A stretch of 64,000 nucleotides of DNA from Camelus ferus (GCF_009834535.1 NC_045696.1:105712001-105776000), one strand, 5' to 3'; counted from the stretch's first letter, positions 25,698 through 38,259 are shown. Made by a program: numbers and translations. The notes: generated from the letters alone by a model not told the origin.

Positions 25698-26320
25698 AAA
25701 AGTGGCAAGAATGGGCAACCTTGTCTTATTGCTGATCTTAGGGGAAATGCTTTCAAATTTTCACAACTGAGTATGATATTGGCTATGAGTTTGTCATACA
25801 GCATTTATTATGCTGAGGTATGTTTTCTCTATAACCACTTCCTTGAGAGTTTTTAATCATAAATGAATGTTGGATTTTGTCAAATTCTTTTTCTGCATCT
25901 ATTGAGATAATCATGTGATTTTTATCCTTCAATTTGTTGATGTGGTGTATCATTGTTTATTTGCAGATGTTGAACCATCCTTGCATCCCTGGAATAAATC
26001 CCACTAGATCAGGGTATATGATCCTTTTAGTGTATTATTGAATTTGGTTTGCTAGCATTTTGTTGAGGATTTTTGCATTTATGTTCCCTTGAGGATACTG
26101 GCCTGTAATTTTCTTTTTTTGTGGTTTCTTTGACTGGTTTTAGTATCAGGATAATTCTGGCCTCAAAGAATGAGTTCATAAGTCATTCCACTTCAATTTT
26201 TTTGAATTTTCCTCTTCAACTTTTCCTCAATTGTTTTGACTAGTTTGAGAACAATGGGCATTAACTCTTCTTAAATGTTTGGTAGCATTTACCAGTGAAG
26301 CCATTTAATCCTGGACTTTT

Positions 26321-26464
26321 AGCAGGGAGAGTATAGCTCAGTGGTAGAGTGCATGCTTAGCATGCACAAGGTCATAAGTTCAATCTCCAGTACCTCCATT
26401 AAGTTTTTTAAAATAATAACTAAACCTAATCACCTCCCCTTGAAAAAATAAAAAACAAAACAAA
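26321..26464 (+). mobile_element. tRNA-Ala-derived SINE (Vic-1-like)
   Basis: 14-bp TSD aatcctggactttt at 26307-26320 and 26465-26478. tRNA-Ala head. Confidence 0.9.
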
Positions 26465-28136
26465 AATCCTGGACTTTTGTTTGTTGGGAGTTCTTTGTTA
26501 CTAATTCAGTTTCATTACTGGTAATTGTCTGTTCATATTTTCTATTTCTTTCTGATTCAGTCTAGAAAGATTGTACATTTCTAGGACTTTATCCATTTCT
26601 TCTTGATTGCCCACTTTACTGGCATATAATTGTTCATACTTACCTCTTATGATCTTTTGTATTTCTATCACTTCAGCTCTATCTCTTTTTCATTTCTCAT
26701 TTTATTTATTTGGGTACTCCCTCTTTTTTTCTTGATGAGTCTGGTTAATTTTGTTTATATTTTCTACTGTTCTATAGTTTCCATTTCATTTATTTCTGCT
26801 CTGATCTTTATTATTTCTTTTCTTCTACTAACTTTGGTGGGTTTTTGTTCTTCTTTTCCCAGTTCCTTTGGGTGTAAGGTTGGGTTATTTATGTGAGAGT
26901 TTTCCTGTTCCCTGAGGTAGGCTTGTATCACTGTAAAACTTCCCTATTAGAACTGCTTTTGCTGCATTCCATAGATTTTGGATCCCTGTGTTTCCATTTT
27001 CATCTTTTCATTTGTCTCCAGGTATTTTTTTATCTCCTCTTTGATTTTTTAATTTTTAATTCAACATTTTTAATCCCTTTGTGGGGGGGTGGTATTTGCT
27101 CGTTTCTCTCCAGGTTAAATCATAATCTAAAAATTGATCTTTTGAAACACTAGATTATGATTTAGTTTCTTCATTCCATTGATGAGTATATAATGTTGTA
27201 GTCTGAAGGTACTACATCCATTTGTACTAGCTGGTGAGAAAGAAAACAGAATCTTCAAATTTGTTCTTTTAAAAAGGGATTATTTTCTGACTTGGTTTCC
27301 CTTGGTCAGAGTGAGGAAGTGACCAAGATGGTGGGAATAGGCATGGGAAGGAGATAGAGATATTACAGGACAGGATAACCATGTTACGGAAAAACTGAAG
27401 GCCAGAACTACAGTAGCACATTGGTCAATGTTAACAGTGAAGAAAGAACATTGTGCAGGATAGACAATCCTGTTGGGGCTTTTAGTTCTGACATCAGTCA
27501 TAAGAATCTTGTCTCCAAAACTCTCTGTACAAAAAACGTATAGTACTTTGTCTTGACAAAGAATGCTTTCTGAGCATGACAATTACACATACACACATAA
27601 CACCATTAAAATACTATATTTTTATGAGGACTCAATAATCAATTTTATGGATTTATTCAAATTAGTTTTTAAAATCTCATTTTCAACTATGTGACAATAG
27701 AGCATACAACAAAGTAGAAAGGAATATAATTGTTTTAAATATTTGTTCTTTTTACCTACTTTCATTTTTCTTTAAGAATAATTTGCTTCTGAAAAGACGT
27801 ATAGGTTCTTTTGACCTGATGAAATGCAAAAGGATAGAAATAGGAATGCAAAGTAAGTTTTCTACCTTAAAAAAAAAATTAATTAAAAAAGAACTCCAAA
27901 TGATATTCTTACTAAGCAAATAGTCTTAGAAAAATGTGGTAAGCTTTACAAAAAGTGCACTGTTTTGGTGAGGGGTATAGGATGCAAACTCCATTTTGTA
28001 GAGAAGATGTAAAAAAAAAAAAAAGCAGCTTTAGAGAATCATAATTCAGACATGGAAAAGACAAAATGAAAGGGTATTTTATATTATGTGAATTTTATTT
28101 CAATAAAGCTATTACTTTTTAAATGTAAGTTGCCTC

Positions 28137-29089
28137 CAAAAAGACAACTTACAGAACGGGAGAAAGCATTTGCAAATAATGCGACCGATAAGGGACTAAT
28201 TTCCAAAATATACAAAAAGCTCACACATCTTAATATGAAAAAATAAGCAACCCAATCAAAAAATGGGCAAAAGACCTAAACAGACATCTCTCCAAAGAAG
28301 ACAGACAGATGGCCAGTAAGCACATGAAAAGATGCTCAACATCACTAATTGTTAGAGAAATACAAATCAAAACTACAATGAGATATCACCTCACACCAGC
28401 CAAAATGGCCATCATTAAAAAGTCTACAAATGAAAAATGCTGGAGAGGGTATGGAGAAAAAGGAATCCTCCTATACTGTTGTGGAATGTAAATTGGTGCA
28501 ACCACTATGGAGGTTCCCTAAAAAACTAAAAACAGACTTACCACATGATCCAGCAATTCCACTCCTGGGCATATACTTGGAGAAAAATATAATTCAAAAA
28601 GACACATGCACCCCAGTGTTCCTAGCAGCACTATTTATAATAGTCAAGACAGGGAAACGACCCAAATGCCCATCAACAGATACTGGATAAAGATGTGGTA
28701 CATATATACAACAGAATACTACTCATGTTTAAAAAAGAATAAAATGCCATTTGCAGCAACATGGAAAGACCTGGAGATCATCATTCTAAGTGAAGTAAGC
28801 CAGAAAGAGAAAGAAAAATGCTATATGATACTGCTTATATGTGGAATCTAAAAAAAAGGGACACAAATGAACTACTTACTATTTGTAACTTAGATGACTG
28901 ATGTCTTGAATATGTGTAAGTCCTTTATGATTGGATTACTGCATTCTGTTGATTCTTATTTTGTGGTTGGCTTTATTCCTTTGATAACTATGTAAGTTTA
29001 AAAAGCTAAAGCTCTAAACTGTTCTTAGAAACAATGAACAGTACATATATGTAAATTTTTTAATAAATAAATAAAGTAGGGGGAAAAAT
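28137..29089 (+). mobile_element. 5'-truncated L1 with atypical 3' UTR
   Basis: ORF2 C-terminus ([27 protein letters not shown]). TSD aa(a/g)tgtaagttgcctc at 28121-28136 and 29090-29105. Confidence 0.92.
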
Positions 29090-29869
29090 AAGTGTAAGTT
29101 GCCTCATCTCACTCTCTAGCTTACAATAATGGTTTCTCAGTTTTTGGAATAAAAATCAAATTTCTTATCAAAAAAAAAAAAAAAAAAGGAAGAGGAGAGA
29201 AAAGATGAGTCCACAAACTCAGATTCTAGTCCAAGTTGCTCTACTAACACATCAAGTGTCACTCAAGGTCTCTGTGCCTCAGTTTCCCCTGGTCTAATGG
29301 GACATTTTATGGGTGTGTGCTTCTCTGGACGGGTTCATCAGCTGGAGGGGTATGTGTCTGTGTGTGTGTGTTCAGAGAACACAGTCAGAGAATCATTTGT
29401 CCTCCTGTTCCCCAGAGACCTGGCTTTAACATGAACTCTGTTCTGAGCTGGGTTCCTTTTAAATACACTCATCAAGCTGAGGCTCTCACGAGCTCAAAGC
29501 CCTGTAAGCTAAGTCTGCATGAAGACCCCCAAAAACACAGGTAGGACCCCATGACTGAAGCATCAGTGCCTGTCATGCGCATCAGAAGCAGTATCTGGAC
29601 ATTTCCTGTAGTTTTCTTCCTTTCCCCGTTAAATTGACAAGGACTCCAGCATCTTATTGCTTACTAAGCTGTGGTCCTCTAATTCCACTCCCATCCTCCA
29701 CCAACCTATCCATCAAAATCAGGTAGAGGGGGAAAGACTCACTTTCCCAGAGGCCTCATCAAAGGCCTGGCCCACCAGCCTCTCCCTCCCATCCCCCTAG
29801 ACCTGGACACAGCATTCCAGAAGTTCCCATGCCTTCCCTGACCACCGTGACTATCTGGCCCAGGCAGTG

Positions 29870-30040
29870 ACCTACGATAACAGCAGTTGATGCTGGGCAC
29901 TTGCTATGTACCAGGTACTTCTCAGACATCATCTCATTCAAGCTGCTTCTAGACATGTTGTTATCCTCATTTTGCAGATGACAAAACTGGGTTTCACAGG
30001 CTGTTAAATTGAGTGCCCAAAGTCTCACAGCTCTTAACAG
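29870..30040 (-). mobile_element. MIR SINE
   Basis: MIR core atcctcattttgcagatgacaaaactggg. Confidence 0.65.
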
Positions 30041-32772
30041 TGAAGCTTCACTGTCTCAGGTGAGGTCTAGTAGGACAGCAGCCCAGAGCGGCCCTCCCTG
30101 GAGACAGTCTCATGAGGATCCCAGCATATAACTTTGCCAGGCTCCCCTGCCCAAAGCAGGAAGGCACTGAGACTCCTACAAATCCCTCCCTAGAGAGTGT
30201 CGGGCAATTATGAGGGGCAGGGAGGGGCCGTCCTCAGAGGAGAGAACTGGTTTACACTCTGAAGGAAGCCTTTATAACCAGGAAGGAGTATGTCTTAGGC
30301 TCTGGAACAATACAAGGAACTAGCCATCATGTTTCCTTCAGAGGCATGACTGTGCAAACCCCTCCCCTCTAGGGACCTCACTATCCTCATCTGTCAAATG
30401 GGCAGGTGTCAGATCACATCTCCAAGGGCCCTCTCAGCTCTATCCCTTGAGGCTGAAGCCGGGAAACACCCATGACAGGCCAGAGTAGAGGGTGAAGAAT
30501 AGAAAGGGAAAGAGTAGAAGGGGACAGAAGAGCAGTGTCCCCCGCAAACTCCTCTTCAGCCCCATTCTGCCTGGAAGCCTTCGCTGACCCCCACCCCCGG
30601 CCCTCTTCTAAGCTCTCCCTCAGCCTTAGCCAGGCCCCAGAACCAGGCCTGCTCCTGGCCGAGGGCGCACTGGTGAAGTGAAGAAGCGAGCTTCTGAGAG
30701 AGAGAATACATGGACAAAGCGAGCTGCCTCCCTGGGGGGCCAGCAGGTGCTGAGAAAGCCCTGGAGAATCCAGCTGACACGGTGTGTGAATCAGGAACGT
30801 GTGAGGGCGGAAGACTGTGAGTTGGTGAAAGAAAGACCAAGACTGGGCCGCTGCCTCCCCAGCAGGGGGCTGGGGAACGGACAGACCAGCTGGCTGGTTC
30901 TGGGGGGTGATATGAGGGGCTGAGGCCCAGAGGCAGTTTCCGGAAATGGAGTTTTGAATGCCCCATGCTAAATGCCCCTGAGGCCCAAGTCAGGAGCTCA
31001 GGTTTCAAGAGAGGCATGAAAAAGCTGAAAAGCCAAAGAGAGTGGAGGAATTCGTCAAAACACTCCTCAATCCTCCAGCTCTGCACCTTGCAAACTCCTG
31101 CTTATCCTCCAACAGTCACCTTACCAGCCTCTGTCAGCACTAGCTTCATTGTCTCATTACAGACTCCTAAAACCCCCATGTGGCCCCTCCCTTCCTTCCA
31201 TCATAATTTCAGTGAAACAAATATTCAGCATCGGATTGCTTTCTCTACAAGGTCTATTAGCTCTGTGAGGGCAGGGACAGTGCCCTGTTCACCGCTGAAT
31301 GGCCAGCCCCATCCTGGGCCTGGCACATGATAGCCAAAGAGGAAGAAGAAATATTTGTTGATTGCAAGAATGAAAGCAGAGATGGGGGTCTGGAAGACCT
31401 CCAGGGACAAGGCAGACCTCTCAGGGCCCTGCTGGGAGTCAGCCTGCTAAGGATGGATGGGTGGGAGCAGCCGGCAGGCTGGCACTCTCTGCCACACTGG
31501 CTGTGCAGTTTGGCCCCAGATCTACCAAGAGAGGATGAAACCAGGCTGACAGACGGCTGTCTGGGACCACTCAGCATGCTCGAGGGCCGAGCCAGCAGCG
31601 GTAAAGGAAGCTGGGGTAATTGTTTAACCAGCTTGCCTTGCTGGGGCCTGACATCATGCCGCCCTCTACTGTGGTTTGGTGATTAGGGCGCTCGCTCATT
31701 CTCCATCACGCGAGCTCAAATGAGGCACGTTCTTCCTCCAATTCGCACATGGAACCAAAACATCCTGGCCCTGGTTTTCCTTTCCCTCATAAGCCCTGAT
31801 GCGTCCCTGACTGAGGGTCCTTCTGAAATCCTAGAGGTTTGTTCCCAAGCGGTATATTCCATACACAGCCTGAAGTAGGATTACAGTAGAGATAAATAAA
31901 AGATTAGTTTCCGAGTTTTGGGACTAAATAAAGGATCAGATTCTTGGTGATTGGGAGATAAAAGGAATTTTTGGGTTTGTTCATGGATGAACTGATTCAG
32001 AAGCAGCTTGGGGCAGTGGGTGGGACCAGGAGCTCAGTTTTCCCTGGGGTCTTTTTGTGGGTCTCCCTCACTACCCACCCTGGCCATCTGGTTTCACTTC
32101 TGAGACAGGCTGAGCAAGCTAGGGCAGCAGGAAGCCTGAGCAAGGAGGCTCTAACGAGGTTGGTTGCTGAACCAGGGATGGTTGAGCATATCTGGCCCTT
32201 GTGCTGGATTCAGAGGGTCTCCCACATCCCACTCGAGTGTAAAGTCCAAGTAACCCTTTTCTTCTCTAGAAGGTATTTGCATGACAATCATAACTCTCCA
32301 AAACATCACTAGCAACCTAAGAGTAAGCAAAAGCAGCCTTCAGGCATTGCATATACTTCCTCTTATCTGTCCTGCTTGTTTATCTTGAGGGCCTCAAAGA
32401 TTTGGTGCAGCAAGTTAGGAGGCAGAGGAGAGAAGATTTCTGGAAATAGAGACAGTTGATTATCTGAATGGGGAGGGAGCACCGTAAAAAACAAAGAGAA
32501 GAAAAGCAATTCAAGAAGCACTTGCCATGGGCCATGTTGTGGCCTGACCATACTGCCGGTTGGTGTTCTGAATTCAGAGCCCAGGAGACCAGAGGAAAAT
32601 TAGGCTGTGCCTATCAACTTTTATTTATAAAGGCAATGAAGTCCAGCATGGCCTCCGTGTCCCAGTGGCTAAAGGTACAAAGATCTCCTCACTTAAAGTA
32701 TGACAGTTCAGTTGGCTGAGAATTTGCTGACTGTAGGATACATAATTCCCTGCTGGTTTGGGATAAACCAGC

Positions 32773-32818
32773 TGGATTTATGTTAGTTAACAGGATGGAT
32801 TTATGTTAGTTAACAGGA
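32773..32818. repeat. Perfect 23-bp tandem duplication
   Basis: tggatttatgttagttaacagga occurs twice in tandem. Confidence 0.95.
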
Positions 32819-33320
32819 TGCATCTGTAGGAGTGGTGGTGGTGGTAAAGAAAAATGGGCATCATTTTATGAGAATTTATCAGGCACCACTGTAAGGACAT
32901 TTCATGTATTAACTTGTGTAATCCTTATAAGAAGCCCATGAAGTTAACAGAACTTGTTCACTGTGGGAAGAAGGCCCTGGGAGGAAAAGGAAAGAATCAT
33001 AATTTTTTTACTTGGATTTATTTTGAAATTTTAACAAAAGCAGAAAAATTTCTCTCTTAATAATTCATGAATTCAGCCCGAATGATAGGATGAATGTTAC
33101 TGCAAAGTAGTATCATCCAAAGACAAATTTTAGCCAGTCACCTATTTGCAAGCAGCAGCATCACACCCAAAAACATCAGGATGAAACATTTCAACTTCCA
33201 TCTAATACATGGGTCTCTATGTTTAGTAACTTGCAGAGTAAAACCCCAAATATTTGACTGTTTTTCACTTTCCACTCAGTCGTTTTAGGAACCATGTAGA
33301 CAGCCAACATCAGGAATCAA

Positions 33321-33392
33321 TCTCTCCCTCTCTGTCTCTGTCCCTCTCTCTCACACACACATACACACATACACACACACAAACACACACAC
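33321..33392. repeat. (CT)n(CA)n compound microsatellite
   Basis: Direct reading. Confidence 0.9.
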
Positions 33393-33869
33393 CCTATCCC
33401 AACCAGAGTACCCTGGCTGAGCTCCAGTCAACCTGCCTCCTGGCTGCCCTTTCTCAAGGATCCTGGCCTGAGGTTTATGGATGGAGTAGGGAAGAGTGAC
33501 ATAGAATTGACACAGGATAACTGGTGATGAGCAGCACAGGCAACCTAGACCCCCCAACACTCCCATTTTACTTGAGATAAAAGGGGAAATGCCCCCATCC
33601 TGGCTGCTTTCTATGTGGGCCTCGCAGGTCAGAGCCCAGAAACCTAAGAGCATCCGTCAGCGAGGATCAGCCTCTCATGGAGGCAGCCAATGAGAAGAGG
33701 AGAGCACCGTCTTTCCAAGTGACCCCCTCACAGATGCAGTGGCTCTGGGAACTCCAAAGTGGGAACTCAATTTCTGGAGAACAACTAGCAGCAAACCAAG
33801 GCATGTCTGTTTCTAACTTCCACTCTGAGCCTCCAGTTCTGGAGCTGTATTTCCCACAGAGTAGACCCT

Positions 33870-34040
33870 GGACTACCTGCAGCAGAATTCCCAAGATCAA
33901 ATGGATCAAACTTGTTGAACCTGTGGATTCCTAGGTCCCACCCCAGGGATCCTGGATCAGCCATGCGTTAGGGCCCAGGAATCTACAAGTTAAAAGGGCT
34001 CCCTGACCAGCCTTATGCTCCAAGAAGACTGAGAACTACT
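33870..34040. mobile_element. MER5-like hAT-Charlie DNA transposon fragment
   Basis: gattcctaggtcccacccca..gggcccaggaatct..tgagaactact. Confidence 0.6.
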
Positions 34041-35139
34041 TCTCTAGAGATACATTTCACCGGGATGTAGTTTCTTCCATTTCTACAGGTTTCATATTTT
34101 ACTGTGCTTCAATTCAACAAAATTCATGGAAAGCCTGCTCCATCTGGATCAGACCCTGTTCTAGGCACAGAGGGAGCAGCACTAACAGGGACGCAGGCCC
34201 TGTCTTCAGGGAGGCTACAGTGATTCAGCCTCACAACAATGCCAACTGCCAGAGCATGTGTTAGGACTCTCTTTTTACTAATGAGAAAACAGGACTCAGA
34301 GGGTGTAAGCAACTTGCCCAAGATCACAGAGCTGCAAGGAGATGTTCCTAGAGCTAGAATCCACTCCCCTCATTTCAGACCCACGCTCTTTGTACTGGCC
34401 CTCAGAGCATTAAAGGTTCAGCTGGTAGAGTTAAGCTCTGAAAGGACCCTTAGCAGACAACTATTTCAGAAATACCCAAGAGACTCTGTCATTCCAACTC
34501 TATAACCAGTTGACAGTAATTGCCTCCATGTGTGAGGGAGGACTCTGCAGCCACATCCAGGACCCCTGATAAAGATGCTGCAATAGACTGATCATGTCTA
34601 CAGCGGGTGCAGAACCAGAGGTGGCTGCATATGCAGTACATGTGCACACTGGTCCTGTGTGTCAACAAATGCTCCATTTTATTGTTAGGGAAACTGGGGT
34701 CCAGAGAGACAGAAGTTGTCCATGTCTCAGACCTGGGACTGGACTAGAACCAGGGTCTCTAAAAGTCTAGTCAAGTGTTCTCTACACGGTCCAGTGCTGC
34801 CTTTCCCATGCAGCCAAGATAATTAAACTGAGAAATGGATCAAACTGTCAAGAATCAAAGACCTTCTGGTGTCAGTACAAAGGGTCCTATGGAGCCCAGG
34901 GGAGGGCAGGGAGGCTGAAACAGTAGGAGGACAGACTAGGAGGTGGCCCCTCTCATTTCTTCCCTCCCAACAGGGGGAGGAAGAAACCCACATCACTGAG
35001 CCCTCCTCTGTGCCAGGCACTGTGCTAACTACATCGACTACCCGTTTAATCCTTTCAAGCACTGACTGAGCCAAGCCTATATAACCCAGCGGCTAAGCCA
35101 GGACAGGCTCCCAGGTCTCTGTGGCTCTACCATCCACTC

Positions 35140-35380
35140 ACGACTGTCCATGGGGGCTTAAAACACATGGTTTGGGGTCAAAAAGACCTTATTTTGAGCC
35201 CCAACTCTACCACACATTACCTCGGTAACTTTGGGCAAGTACCTTAACCTCTCCATGCCTCAGCTTCTTCATCTGTAAAATGGAGAGATAGCAGGGCTTG
35301 TCGTTATAGTATTAAATGAAATCGTATATAGGAAGTGCTAAGCCATGTCTGACATGTAGTAAATGCTCAATAAATGGTGG
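35140..35380 (+). mobile_element. MIR SINE
   Basis: ctttgggcaagtaccttaacctctccatgcctcagcttcttcatctgtaaaatgg..tagtaaatgctcaataaatg. Confidence 0.8.
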
Positions 35381-36149
35381 CTCTTACTGTTGCCCTGGCA
35401 CCACTGCCCTGGGCATATCACCTGGATACCTGCCACCCAGTGCTGGCCTGGATGTTCCTCTTGGAGAAGGTCCCATTCTGAAACCATCTTGTTCATTTCA
35501 TTTTTCCTGCAGCTGGAGTTAGGACCCCAGAGCCCCATATGCAAATGTATGCAAATGCTATATAAACCACAAGGGAGAGGGCCTTTGGAGAAGTCGGGAA
35601 GCCCGTTACCCACAGGCAGACTCACCTCAGAACAGCTGCCACAAGATGGCAGCCTAAGAAGTAGCCATAAATCAGCAGAGCTCTTCCAAGCCAGGCCACA
35701 CTGGATCAGATGGGGTCTCTTCCAGCTGTGCTGACAGTGATGGGAGGGCCTGGCTGTGCACAAGAACCTCTTTAGAGCACCTGCTGAAGCAGTCACTGCT
35801 TTCCTGACCTCATTAGGGATTGTCAGCACATCAAAGCAGGGTGGTTGGAGTTTTAACCTAAGAAAGTGAAACAGTGTGCTTTCATTTACCCTTTGGTGCC
35901 TAAGAACAATTGGGTTTCCTTTAAATGCCTTTTTTTAAATTAAGAGCCCCCAAGAATATGCTTAAATAAAAAGTATTAGTAAAAGGCTGTGGGCTCTATT
36001 TTCTATTTCTGAAAATCAGAAAAAGGAACAGTGAGCTTAGAAGATCCAAGACCCCACCTCCAGTGGTTCCCGGTGTGTCAGCATCTTCTCTGACCCCCTC
36101 ATTCAAGAAGGAGGGGCACCCCCAGCCTCATTCATTCCACAGACAGACA

Positions 36150-36360
36150 TTCATTGTGCTTTATATGCATCATCTCATTGAATCCTCACAAACCTTATGC
36201 AAGTAAGATAACTACTATTATGGTCCCCATGTTACAGGTGAGAAAACTGAGGCTAGTTATGTTAAGTAACTTGCCCAAAGTTCTCAGCCAGGAAGTGGTA
36301 GGTCCAGGAGTCAGACTTAGTCTCTCTGAGTCCAGTACTTACGTTCTAACAACTCCTTGG
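36150..36360 (-). mobile_element. MIR SINE
   Basis: tccccatgttacaggtgagaaaactgaggct..taagtaacttgcccaa. Confidence 0.75.
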
Positions 36361-37289
36361 TCATACCTCTCCCGCTGCCTAAAGAATTCCTAAGCATCCA
36401 TAAAGGCCCAGACAATGAAGGTGGGGCAAGGCAAGACCATGGGCTCTGCCCTCAAGGGCCTTCCATCTGTTTGGAGCAGGAACAACAGCCACAGTTGCCA
36501 CCATGTGGCTGAGTCAGTCTTCTTGGAGAGGAATCTTAGGAGAGGAGGTTTTGAAAGAGCTTGCACCTAAAGCCCAGGGCCTGGGGCTTCTTCCCACAGC
36601 CCGCTCCTGCCAGAATCCCAGAAACCTGCCATTTTAACTGGCATTTCACTGAAACAGGCAAAGGAGGAGGGCTGGGCCATGCTCCAATGACAGTCAGCAT
36701 GGTGTAACCTTGACTTGACCTTGCTGTCTACCCACAGATGTCCTGGTCCAGAGGTAATACAATCTGTCACCTTAGGCAGGAGCCAATATCAAGAATGGGG
36801 CTGGAATCATCATGTTTCCCCCTGTGAACTGCTGTGACCAAGAGAAGCACTTTCAAAGGGCAGCTGATAAAATTGCTGTTTTGACCCTCCTTTTAGCTGA
36901 AAACCAGACACCATCAAAATAGCTTTTCTTTTTATTAGCTACATTATTGGAGAAATAGTGAAGGATTGATTTCATAATTGATTCTCCAAATAAAGATAAT
37001 GTCTGTGGAGTAGGCAAGAAAGAGCTGACCAACAATGGATACAAGTATGTGTGTGTGTGTGTATTCATCTGTCCTACTGTGTGGCTGTATCTCATCTCAG
37101 AGCATGTGGTTCCCTCAGACCCTCTGTTCAGCTCCATAGACAAGACTCCTTTGCCCCTAGACCTCATGGAATGCAGAGTCATCTAAGCACATCATCCCTG
37201 ATTGCAGCCTGAAAAGCATCAAGTTCTAATGGAGCAGCCATTATATCAACAGCTTTCAAAATGAATTAAAAGTTTAAAATAACATTATT

Positions 37290-37760
37290 CACTCACTTAG
37301 GTATCCAACAAGTGTTCCTTGAGGCCCAGGTGCTAGGAACACAAAAGTCATTAAAAATGCGAGTCCCTGCCCCTATATAAGCTAATGGGGGAGGCAGACA
37401 TAAAACGAACATTCATGTAAGCAAAAATAAATTACAAAAAAATTAAAAATAAAAAGAACTGCCAGAGATGATGGTGAGGGAGGGAGGAGTCCAGCATGAT
37501 GCCTAGTGCCATTGGCTGGGCTTGGGACCCCACAGAAGAACGAGGCTGCGGGTGGAGGTGCTTTATGAGTTTAGTCTTGGGTGTGTGAAACTTGGGATGC
37601 CTGGGAGTCATCCAAGAGAGATGTCAGATGAGTCGCTACAGTACAGGTTTGAGGCTCCAAGAAATAGTCCGGTCTGAAAATACAAATTTGGGAGTCAGGT
37701 GACGATGGAAGCCCTGGGGTGGATGAGGCTGGCTGACCGGGTAAAAAGGACAGATTAAGC
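37290..37760. mobile_element. L2 fragments
   Basis: cattattcactcac..ccaggtgctaggaacaca..gtccctgccc and ggtctgaaaatacaaatttgggagtca. Confidence 0.55.
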
Positions 37761-38099
37761 AGAGAACTGGATGCAGAAATAGCTCTTGGGAGTTCTACCC
37801 CTGAGCTAGCCTTGGAGCCCCTCCAGTAACAAGAGACTCCAATAATTTTGCCACCATTTCAATGGTGTGATTTCCAGCTCTGCCCCGTACCCTGTGTGCA
37901 ACCTGAATCCAGTTACTCAACCTGTATGAGCCTCCATGTCCCACACCCCACACATTCTTTGTCAGCCTTTAATCTCTCCCCTTTTACTGCCTCCCCACTC
38001 GTGCCCCATCCCTGCCTCAAAACCTCCGCCACTCCCAGTCCTCCCTCCTACCCCTCAGTGGAAGGGAACCAGAGCTCCAAAACCAGCTGTTTCCCTTTG

Positions 38100-38259
38100 G
38101 AGAGGTTCTCAGGTCTGGGTGCTCTTTAGAGTCACCAGGGAGCTTAACAGGATACTGCTGCCTGGCCCCACCCTAAGATGCTGATGTAATTGATCTGCAG
38201 TGGGAACTTTTCAAAGTTCCCCAGGTGCTACTAACGTGCAGCCAGGGTCAAGAATCACT
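38100..38259. mobile_element. MER5-like hAT-Charlie element, interrupted near its end by an L1
   Basis: tgcctggccccacc..aaagttccccaggtg..ctaacgtgcagccagggtcaagaatcact. Confidence 0.7.

Larger units (their letters stand above)
21560..27045 (-). mobile_element. Older 5'-truncated L1 in reverse orientation, host of two L1 fragments, two SINEs and a tRNA half
   Basis: 3' end at about 21570 (ttttattgagatttaatgacatacagcactgt). Minus-strand ORF2 motifs continue through ttgcatccctggaataaatcccact to tgctgcattccatagattttgg near 26960. Confidence 0.92.

Noticed and set aside
27280..27582. 100-aa minus-strand ORF in the unique island
   Set aside because: Non-ATG start and no recognisable domain.
30556..31686. 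Cluster of 100-176-aa ORFs
   Set aside because: No homology or exon structure. Expected by chance in GC-richer DNA.
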